A stretch of DNA of 64,000 nucleotides from NCBI GenBank assembly GCA_965263355.1, contig CBDHHL010000039.1:1-64000 (forward strand). The letters are read 5' to 3'. This DNA is from Leptolyngbyaceae cyanobacterium (GTDB lineage: Bacteria; Cyanobacteriota; Cyanobacteriia; Phormidesmidales; Phormidesmidaceae). How positions within the stretch are numbered: the stretch's first letter is position 1; each line of letters begins with the position of its first letter. Below the pieces are notes generated by a model. The model saw nothing but the letters and a program-made list of their open reading frames with translations, was not told the DNA's origin and searched no databases. Shown here piece by piece: positions 20,353 to 27,215 of the stretch. The position numbers and the translations under genes are program-made.

Positions 20353-20712
20353 ATGGCTGTTGTTACTCGTCGTTCCGCTGAAATTCTTGCTCAGGCTACA
20401 TTTGGCGACTTTTCCCGCTATTGCTTGGCTGTTGTACTAACTAGATTCGATAAAATCGAATTTCAAGTTAGTGATGCAGAACGTCCTGACGACGACGGAA
20501 TGCCTAGCGTTATTCGACAGACTGAAACTATCCAGTCCGCTTTAGAGGGGATGGAAGATGTCGAATGCTTTTCTCAGAGACCATGCACTGGGGATTTTAT
20601 TGTAACTCTGGGGAAAACTCCAGCAGTCTATCTTGAGGAAGGCCGTGCTCGATGCATTCGCACAGGCGAGGAATTCTTGGTTGGTAGCTTTCATGTCATC
20701 AAAGGGTTTTGA
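20353..20712 (+). CDS. Hypothetical early protein
   Basis: Likely ATG 20353 with GGAGG RBS. Confidence 0.65.
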   Translation: MAVVTRRSAEILAQATFGDFSRYCLAVVLTRFDKIEFQVSDAERPDDDGMPSVIRQTETIQSALEGMEDVECFSQRPCTGDFIVTLGKTPAVYLEEGRARCIRTGEEFLVGSFHVIKGF

Positions 20713-20729
20713 TGGCCTTACTCATTAGT

Positions 20730-20811
20730 AACCCCGCTAACCACACCCCGGTTAGCGGGGTTCTTTTTTGTCAATAAATTACTTGACACCTGAAAAGCTA
20801 TCGTTTAGCAT
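20730..20811 (+). promoter_or_regulatory. Terminator + operator + promoter cassette (repeat of 20217)
   Basis: Same stem and operator; TTGACA-17-TAGCAT. Confidence 0.8.
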
Positions 20812-20835
20812 TTGAAGTGTAATTGAGGTCGAGCA

Positions 20836-21330
20836 ATGGCAAAAGTATTTAAGGTCAAAACACAAATTCCGCCTAGGAAACTTGGTCTAGTGGGCGATAG
20901 ATCGTGGGAAGAATCCGAAAATCTTTTCTATGCGCAAGAGCTTATCCAAGCTAAAGACCAAAAAGAAGCCATGGCGATCGCGGCTAAGTATGGAGCAATA
21001 GTTTCAGTGGAGGAAACAACCATCAAGCCGAAGTCAAAAAGGCAGCAAGCCATAGAAAGCCTACTGTCTGTCAAGTCGGCACAAGAAAAAACATGGCACG
21101 AATTCGTATGCGAGTATGTATTCCTTATGACTGGGCTTAAGAAAAATAGAGATCTTGTAAGCGGCTACCAGCTGAAGAAAAATAAGAAAGGATATTCAAT
21201 TCGTTGGGACGGAAGAGACATCATGCTAAATGATATGGCTGCTGACGTTGCTTATTCTTTCTGTTTGCGCCATGGATTATCTTACTTTGTCAGGGAAGCC
21301 GAAGATTACAGGATGGATTTATTAGCCTGA
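20836..21330 (+). CDS. Hypothetical early protein
   Basis: GAGG RBS; 164 aa, basic. Confidence 0.65.
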   Translation: MAKVFKVKTQIPPRKLGLVGDRSWEESENLFYAQELIQAKDQKEAMAIAAKYGAIVSVEETTIKPKSKRQQAIESLLSVKSAQEKTWHEFVCEYVFLMTGLKKNRDLVSGYQLKKNKKGYSIRWDGRDIMLNDMAADVAYSFCLRHGLSYFVREAEDYRMDLLA

Positions 21331-21345
21331 TTTTGCCTGATTTTT

Positions 21346-21388
21346 TGTCAAGAAAATACTTGACACTTAAAAAGAGATTCGCTATATT
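21346..21388 (+). promoter_or_regulatory. Operator-promoter driving the structured RNA
   Basis: TGTCAA-GAAAATAC-TTGACA-17-TATATT. Confidence 0.75.
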
Positions 21389-21394
21389 AGAAAT

Positions 21395-21790
21395 GTGAGA
21401 GACGGGATGCAACCCCGCAGTCAAAGCCACTGGCGAGGGGAGATACGCATTTTAACTCTTGGGGTTAGTCAAGATAAACGACGGGTTTTTACCCTGATAT
21501 AGCGGAAGTAACCGCCTACTCATCGCGGTACCACACCAAACGACGGTGTCGGTCGTAAAGTTCGGAAGGAGCCGAAGGTGGGAGGACAAACAAAATGACT
21601 AACTAAAAGAACAGCAAGCCCGACTCATACCCGTTGAGCGCTTCGGTGCAATAGGCGACACATGTTAGGGCAAACTGGGAACCCATTAGCGGGCACACCG
21701 AGCTATATAATCGCGTGTCATCCTGGCGAGCTGAGATGCAATCAGTAAGGGCTTTAGCGGTGTTGAGCCTTATCAATGCCGCCTAGAATC
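21395..21790 (+). ncRNA. Unidentified ~400-nt highly structured RNA or leader
   Basis: No ORF in the track; nested helices (21457-71/21596-610; 21618-22/21690-94; 21757-66/21773-82) and repeated GATGCAA loops. Confidence 0.6.
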
Positions 21791-21804
21791 TTTGAGGAAA
21801 ACCA

Positions 21805-21870
21805 ATGAATAATCTTTATATCATTGGCTACCTTTTGCTTCTCTTCACAGCAAATGTAGCCTTAATGTGA
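21805..21870 (+). CDS. 21-aa hydrophobic peptide MNNLYIIGYLLLLFTANVALM
   Basis: GAGGA RBS; composition of a single TM helix. Confidence 0.45.
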   Translation: MNNLYIIGYLLLLFTANVALM

Positions 21871-21881
21871 GCCTTCAAATC

Positions 21882-21915
21882 GCCCCAGGCATGGCGTTAA
21901 ACTGCCTGTGATGTT
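21882..21915 (+). repeat. 34-nt repeat copy 1, predicted H-type pseudoknot
   Basis: GCCCCAGGCATGGCGTTAAACTGCCTGTGATGTT, identical at 22230-22263. Confidence 0.8.
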
Positions 21916-21935
21916 TTATTAACGGAGAAAAGACC

Positions 21936-22223
21936 ATGGGCCAGTATTTTAGACCTGTTCACGTGCCGACAAATACGGCAGTTACAAACTTTCCATTTGC
22001 GTGCAATGGAGGCCTCACTTGGATTCCAAAGGTATTTTATTTCACAGATGAAGAGTTACTTGAAGAAACCGAGATTGTGGCTAAAGCTTATGGATGGGAT
22101 GTCAATGACATTGTTTGGGTTGGCGATTATGGGCAAGTTGTGTCCTTGAAAAACGGTGTTCGTGATAATGGCGATGGAGAGAATCACGACAATCCATTAA
22201 AAACCTTGACTTGGGGAGATTAA
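21936..22223 (+). CDS. Hypothetical protein
   Basis: GGAG RBS; MGQYFRPV...IVWVGDY. Confidence 0.7.
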   Translation: MGQYFRPVHVPTNTAVTNFPFACNGGLTWIPKVFYFTDEELLEETEIVAKAYGWDVNDIVWVGDYGQVVSLKNGVRDNGDGENHDNPLKTLTWGD

Positions 22224-22229
22224 TTTGCT

Positions 22230-22263
22230 GCCCCAGGCATGGCGTTAAACTGCCTGTGATGTT
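22230..22263 (+). repeat. 34-nt repeat copy 2
   Basis: Identical to 21882-21915; precedes a GGAG RBS. Confidence 0.8.
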
Positions 22264-22279
22264 GATAACGGAGAATGAA

Positions 22280-22486
22280 ATGAATAGAAACGATGTGACC
22301 AGGGAGGAGTATCTGGCCCTCGCTGGTCAGGTTGCCAACGGATTGCATGCATGCACTGGGTTTCTCAATGAGCCTGAGGACATAGCCGAATCCGTTCTAG
22401 AACGGACTGATGCGTTGGTTCAAAAGCTCAATGAGCGGTTTGCTCAAGAAGATTTTGAACCAAGTAGTGGCTATTATCGGCTTTAG
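22280..22486 (+). CDS. Hypothetical protein
   Basis: Likely ATG 22280 (MNRNDVTREEY). Confidence 0.6.
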   Translation: MNRNDVTREEYLALAGQVANGLHACTGFLNEPEDIAESVLERTDALVQKLNERFAQEDFEPSSGYYRL

Positions 22487-22558
22487 GCTTTGATAGACTC
22501 CCCTGATTTCAGACGATTTCAACTGTAAAAATAACCGTCAAATAACCGTCAAATAAGA

Positions 22559-22996
22559 ATGAAAAAACTAATCACAGCGATCGCTTTCACCCTGTCCATG
22601 GCCACCACGGCCAACGCGTTACCTGTCTGCTACAGCATGACTGAAGACGGAGACATTACTGACCTGTCCCATATGTGTCCAGCATCTGAGCAGCCAGTAA
22701 CGATCGCGGCCAGACGATCACCTGAACTACCCGCAGTGGAAGTTGCCACAGAATCGCCTAAAGCCACCTTCCAAGTCCGTCGCATTAACAGAACCAATTG
22801 GACAGCTACTGGGACGGTTAATTTTTCAAGGGCTGCTGAACCAGGCGATCGCGTAGTTCCGTATTTACAGTATGAAGATGGGCGGGAAGCATCATTGCCC
22901 GCAGTAACATATGAGCGTGGGAACCGCAGAACGGAGATTACGTTTAATGTGGTTCCTGGCACTAGCACTAGTGAGGTAGACGGCGGTGTACGTTAA
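22559..22996 (+). CDS. Secreted protein (signal peptide; CY..T.DG...DLSHMC motif)
   Basis: MKKLITAIAFTLSMATTANA Sec signal with AxA site. Confidence 0.7.
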   Translation: MKKLITAIAFTLSMATTANALPVCYSMTEDGDITDLSHMCPASEQPVTIAARRSPELPAVEVATESPKATFQVRRINRTNWTATGTVNFSRAAEPGDRVVPYLQYEDGREASLPAVTYERGNRRTEITFNVVPGTSTSEVDGGVR

Positions 22997-23264
22997 ACAA
23001 AAGTTAATCACAGTAGTTGGATGCACTCCTGGTGAGGCCGATGATTTCATTCAAGAATTTGGTTTAAGCAAAACTGAGATTGCTTTAGATTTAATGCTTT
23101 GCGGAATGTCTATAGACGATGCTAAAGCAGCGGTAAACATAGATATTGACAATCACTTGTCTAACTCATTTATCAGGGCAATTATTTTGCAAAGTTACAA
23201 TCAAAAACAAGACCAAAAACTGGAATCTCTTAAAGATGCTTTGGCGAAACTAGAAGGTATTTAG
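22986..23264 (+). CDS. Hypothetical protein
   Basis: 92 aa; overlaps previous gene. Confidence 0.5.
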   Translation: MYVKQKLITVVGCTPGEADDFIQEFGLSKTEIALDLMLCGMSIDDAKAAVNIDIDNHLSNSFIRAIILQSYNQKQDQKLESLKDALAKLEGI

Positions 23265-23268
23265 TCGG

Positions 23269-23820
23269 ATGAAGACAGCATATTCTCAGTTAATGTTTAA
23301 GGAAATAAAGGAAATGAATAAGAATGCTTTAATCGCGATCGCTTGCACAGTCGGTGTCATTGGCTTAACTGTGGGTACCTTAGTCACACAAAAAGTCCAG
23401 GCAGACGCTAGACGAGAAAAAATCCATCAGGCTTGGTTAGAACGCCAAGCAAATCCTGAACAGTATCAAGCAGAGATAGCGGCTAAGGTTGAAGCTACTA
23501 AACAGGAACAGGACAAAAAAGGTTTTGACGCTGCTGAGATTCAATCCTTTAGGGAAACAGTTGCAGCTGTCGATCCGAATGGTCTTGTTATCAAGGATAT
23601 CCGGGTTGATACAGTGCGCCCAGTGGTTTCGATTACCGGCACTGCTGCATTGTTTGCCCAAAGCGACTTGCAGTTAAAAGAAATCGCTATGAATCTTCAG
23701 AGTATTTCTGATAAAACTTGCGGTTGCACATCGCTGGTAGTTTTCAAAACGCAAGCTGGTCAAACTGTGGCTAAGTCTGGCATGTTTGGAGGTGTTGATA
23801 TTGTCGCCAAGAATCGATAA
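23269..23820 (+). CDS. Membrane-anchored periplasmic protein (possible superinfection exclusion)
   Basis: N-terminal hydrophobic segment then soluble domain; start may be MNKNAL. Confidence 0.55.
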   Translation: MKTAYSQLMFKEIKEMNKNALIAIACTVGVIGLTVGTLVTQKVQADARREKIHQAWLERQANPEQYQAEIAAKVEATKQEQDKKGFDAAEIQSFRETVAAVDPNGLVIKDIRVDTVRPVVSITGTAALFAQSDLQLKEIAMNLQSISDKTCGCTSLVVFKTQAGQTVAKSGMFGGVDIVAKNR

Positions 23821-24224
23821 TGGCAATCACTAATTTCGGCTTGTACCCGACTTCTATAGTTTTCCAGCTACCCACTGGCATAACTGATGACTTTGAGGGT
23901 GGCTCCGCTGATGGCCTAACTGCTGTCACGGTGCCATGCCGGGTTAAAGTAGCGACTCAAAATAGAGCAAGCCAGTTCAACACTAGTGCGTTCGAAGGAC
24001 CCAATAATAATAGTGTGATGCTACTTGGTTGGTGTGGCACTGAAGCAGCACCAACTGAGTATTTATTCCCTAATAATCTTAGGGGATGGCCTGAACCACC
24101 GACTGGGACGATGGAATTAAACGGCATTAGCGGCAAAGTTGAAGTGCTTATTCAACCGTTCGCGATCGCTGATGCAGCCCCTGGCATTGGCGAACGGTTT
24201 ATTGCACGATGGACGGCTAATTGA
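23820..24224 (+). CDS. Putative head-tail joining protein
   Basis: Beta-rich, 134 aa; first gene of the tail-side structural run. Confidence 0.45.
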   Translation: MAITNFGLYPTSIVFQLPTGITDDFEGGSADGLTAVTVPCRVKVATQNRASQFNTSAFEGPNNNSVMLLGWCGTEAAPTEYLFPNNLRGWPEPPTGTMELNGISGKVEVLIQPFAIADAAPGIGERFIARWTAN

Positions 24225-24247
24225 GCATACAAATTTCTTGGCCTAAT

Positions 24248-24601
24248 TCAATCATTGAATCCCTGCTCCCAAACTTGTTCAGAGATTTTATACGGCTCGC
24301 CTTGATGCCTAGCCCATACGAGGACTAGGCCTTTTTGCATGGAAACTCGTTGCACTTCACTAGGCTGTAATTCCCGACTTAATCGCTCATTGGCACTGAC
24401 TAACTTGGCAGCTTTTCTAAACAACGCTAAACGACTGCTGCCTAATAAATGAAGATGCAAGATATTGACCATAAGATCCATGGTCCCGGTCTGAGTATTG
24501 ACCCCAAAGTAATCTTTTAACTCTGAAAACCGCTTCAAGGTTTTTCTAGACAAATGACCGGCTCTTATTTCGCCAGTTTTTTCAGGCAAGTTGCCAGCCA
24601 T
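24248..24601 (-). CDS. Small putative DNA-binding protein inserted antisense in the tail operon
   Basis: 117 aa; palindrome TTCCAAG-ATA-CTTGGAA (24610-24626) just upstream. Confidence 0.5.
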   Translation of the reverse strand: MAGNLPEKTGEIRAGHLSRKTLKRFSELKDYFGVNTQTGTMDLMVNILHLHLLGSSRLALFRKAAKLVSANERLSRELQPSEVQRVSMQKGLVLVWARHQGEPYKISEQVWEQGFND

Positions 24602-24665
24602 GAAAAAAATTCCAAGATACTTGGAAATTTTAACATATTGTCAAAAATGACTGTAGGCTGCAATT

Positions 24666-25058
24666 ATGGCAGTCCTAAATTTTGACAGAACAGCGTTTAA
24701 TCGTGGCCTTGATAGGGGGCTACGAGGTTTTGCTGTAGATATGGATAGGTTGCTAACTGAATCAATTGAGCAACCGTTGTATCCATGGCCAGGGTTCACT
24801 AAACGGAAGTCTGGTGAAGAAGTTTTTAGTCCTAGAAATATTGTGGACTTGGGAGAATTTAGGGACTCGCAGCAATATAGTTTCCCTTCCCAATTGACTA
24901 TTTTATTTGAATGGACTGCTCAACATTCAGTATTTGTATTTAACGGGTTCACGACTCGTAGCGGCTCAACGTATCCCGCTCGTAATCCAGTATTACAGAC
25001 AGTAGAACAATATGACTTGGCTGCTGTCCTGGCTCAGCAATTACGGGAGGTGTTCTGA
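24666..25058 (+). CDS. Tail completion protein (HK97 gp10-like)
   Basis: SPRNIVDLGEFRDS...VFNG...YPARNP pattern. Confidence 0.7.
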   Translation: MAVLNFDRTAFNRGLDRGLRGFAVDMDRLLTESIEQPLYPWPGFTKRKSGEEVFSPRNIVDLGEFRDSQQYSFPSQLTILFEWTAQHSVFVFNGFTTRSGSTYPARNPVLQTVEQYDLAAVLAQQLREVF

Positions 25059-25501
25059 TGCCTGTAATTAGCATTGCCCAGATTAGAGACCAAGTTCAGA
25101 CCCTAATGACTCCCTACCTGGGAACTCGTACGTATGTTACAGCTACGGGTACTCAGACATTGCCGTCGTTGGTGTTGGACTATGGCAAAACTCAAGATGT
25201 TGGTGGCATTCAATGGCAGAGACAGCCTAAGAGTCTAGAAGGCTTGGAGGTTGTTATTACGCCTCAGCAGCAAGCAACGCTTACACAGTTTTATTCTCAA
25301 CAGCTTGGCCTGGAATATACGACCACCATCACGCTGAAACAGTGGGACGAAGCGGGCACTGTAGCGGCTGCTGCTGCTGCGTTGATTAGTGGTATGGGTT
25401 ATCTGTTTCAAGCTGGAGTGTCGGTTAAGACGCCAAGGGATTCAAGGCTCGACACGATTGAGTCTGAAAGTTTTCGAATTGTTCATCAAATCAGGAGTTA
25501 A
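25058..25501 (+). CDS. Tail terminator-like protein
   Basis: Position between gp10-like and tail tube genes. Confidence 0.5.
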   Translation: MPVISIAQIRDQVQTLMTPYLGTRTYVTATGTQTLPSLVLDYGKTQDVGGIQWQRQPKSLEGLEVVITPQQQATLTQFYSQQLGLEYTTTITLKQWDEAGTVAAAAAALISGMGYLFQAGVSVKTPRDSRLDTIESESFRIVHQIRS

Positions 25502-25506
25502 TCACT

Positions 25507-26217
25507 ATGCCAGGTGCTGGTAACAATCCGCTATTAATGCCCGATTCGCGGGAAACGAAAATCTTTGCAGCCTTAGTAACAAATAATACGAGCGTGCCCA
25601 GTCGGATTGCGCCGATCACTTTAACACTGGGTGCTGCTTTTACGGCTACAACTACGGGAACCGCATCAACGATGACTGCGAGCGCTGCTCCTACAGTGCC
25701 GATTATCGCGGGAACAGTGTTGCGGTTTGTCGATGCAGCTGGATCTTATATGGCCATTGTCACAACTGACAGCAACGATGGCAGCAATATTGAGCTGACG
25801 GCTAATGAAGATATCCCCAACGGCGCAGTTGCCAATTGGCCCGGTGAGGTTGATTTGATTACGTCTCATAACCTGGGGGTCCAGACCACGCTGAATAATG
25901 TTTCGACATATCAGCACATTGGCTCTGGCGAATCTTCCCGTCAGGATACGACTAGAACTTTCACGATCGCGGCTAACTTATCTGAGTATTCCAGCGGCCA
26001 ACGGATTTTACGCTATGCCGTGAATGCTGAGAACGATGTTTACCTTGAAGTTCAAGACCCGAACCCTGATGCCGTGACGTTTAGTACTCCACCGTTATCG
26101 TTTGGCGTTGCTCGAATGTCGGATGGTTCTAAGGATGGCCAGAACGGCAACAAGTTGGCACTGTCTCTTAATGGCACGTTCTCCGGTGCTGTGACTGAAC
26201 TTGAGGCTGCTGCTTAG
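25507..26217 (+). CDS. Major tail tube protein
   Basis: 236 aa, beta-rich; precedes chaperones and tape measure. Confidence 0.65.
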   Translation: MPGAGNNPLLMPDSRETKIFAALVTNNTSVPSRIAPITLTLGAAFTATTTGTASTMTASAAPTVPIIAGTVLRFVDAAGSYMAIVTTDSNDGSNIELTANEDIPNGAVANWPGEVDLITSHNLGVQTTLNNVSTYQHIGSGESSRQDTTRTFTIAANLSEYSSGQRILRYAVNAENDVYLEVQDPNPDAVTFSTPPLSFGVARMSDGSKDGQNGNKLALSLNGTFSGAVTELEAAA

Positions 26218-26474
26218 TGAAGATTGAAGCCTTGCAAAACCAGCATATTTTTATGCTTGGCTGCACAGTTGAAGGGTCAAGGCTAAGGGCATTACTTAGC
26301 TTTACTAAGCCTAAAATGTGTGCTGGTTTTGCAGGGCAAGAGGCGTTACTGGTTGAACCGTATCGGCAGAACAATACTGAAATTGTTGTTGTGATGCCGA
26401 GTGACTTAGAAGCAATTTATACATACTTAGACTTGGAGGTTGTTCGTTGTGACTCAGACCTTATGGGAAATTAA
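26217..26474 (+). CDS. Hypothetical tail protein
   Basis: 85 aa; coupled to tail tube gene. Confidence 0.5.
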   Translation: MKIEALQNQHIFMLGCTVEGSRLRALLSFTKPKMCAGFAGQEALLVEPYRQNNTEIVVVMPSDLEAIYTYLDLEVVRCDSDLMGN

Positions 26475-26952
26475 ATCAGTCGATCGCGTGGTTCGGGTGC
26501 CTGGGATGGCCCCGGTTACTGTTCCGGTTTATCCGTCCTTATTAGTGCCAGAAGAAGAATATTTCCAGAGTCTTAGGGATAACGAAGAGATTAGCGATAA
26601 GCGATTGATGGACCTGTTAGTTGCGTTTTGCCTTAAACATCGTGGCGTACTTGGCGATGATGTCCCTACTGAAAAGATTATTGCAAATACTCCTAGACCA
26701 TTGGCTGAAGCTTTGTTTAGCTTATTTATCTATGGCTTACCAGGGAAGCGAGTAAATCCAACTGAGTATATTTACGATCCTGAAACTGAGTTGGGAAACG
26801 ACGAAACTCAGAGCCAATCGACTGGGGGAAACTCTGCTGGCAACTCCAGCGCTGGTATCCAGGCTGCGAATATTTCAGACCTACCCAGTTTAGAAACTGT
26901 CCGTCAAAACTCGCCTTGGATGCCGCCAGAGTCTGGCGCGATGACCGCATAG
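26440..26952 (+). CDS. Tail assembly chaperone G
   Basis: Before tape measure; in-frame G-GGA-AAC slippery sites at 26793 and 26826. Confidence 0.7.
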   Translation: MFVVTQTLWEIKSVDRVVRVPGMAPVTVPVYPSLLVPEEEYFQSLRDNEEISDKRLMDLLVAFCLKHRGVLGDDVPTEKIIANTPRPLAEALFSLFIYGLPGKRVNPTEYIYDPETELGNDETQSQSTGGNSAGNSSAGIQAANISDLPSLETVRQNSPWMPPESGAMTA

Positions 26953-27215
26953 CTGAGCTAGCCGAGGAAGCCACGGCGACTAGTGAGGTTGCGGCATTAA
27001 TCGCACGGGCGAATTTTAAGAACGCTGAAGACGCCAGCGCGACTGATTTTAATCGTTGGGGATTAACCCAACGCAGGAATGAGCTTGCTAAGACTATCCC
27101 CCCTGAAGCCGCAAAAATCTATGTGAAGTTGCTGAAGAAAAGCCGAGTGCCAGATTGGGTCAGGGCGATTATGTCTGAACGCGATATGACGTTATTAGCA
27201 GGAAAGGTTGAATAG
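26793..27215 (+). CDS. Tail assembly chaperone GT extension (-1 frameshift)
   Basis: -1 frame open from 26793 (GKRRNSEPIDWGKLCWQLQRWYPG...) into the 26916-27215 ORF. Confidence 0.75.
   Translation, partial: GKRRNSEPIDWGKLCWQLQRWYPGCEYFRPTQFRNCPSKLALDAARVWRDDRIAELAEEATATSEVAALIARANFKNAEDASATDFNRWGLTQRRNELAKTIPPEAAKIYVKLLKKSRVPDWVRAIMSERDMTLLAGKVE

Noticed and set aside
21395..21790. tRNA or tmRNA genes
   Set aside because: No cloverleaf with GGTTCRA T-arm or tag reading frame recognised here; none noticed elsewhere in the window.
20217..22263. Repeats as a CRISPR array
   Set aside because: Only two copies of each, separated by whole genes; no cas genes.
22529..22556. AAATAACCGTC x2.5 tandem repeat
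   Set aside because: Short slippage-type duplication with no evidence of function.
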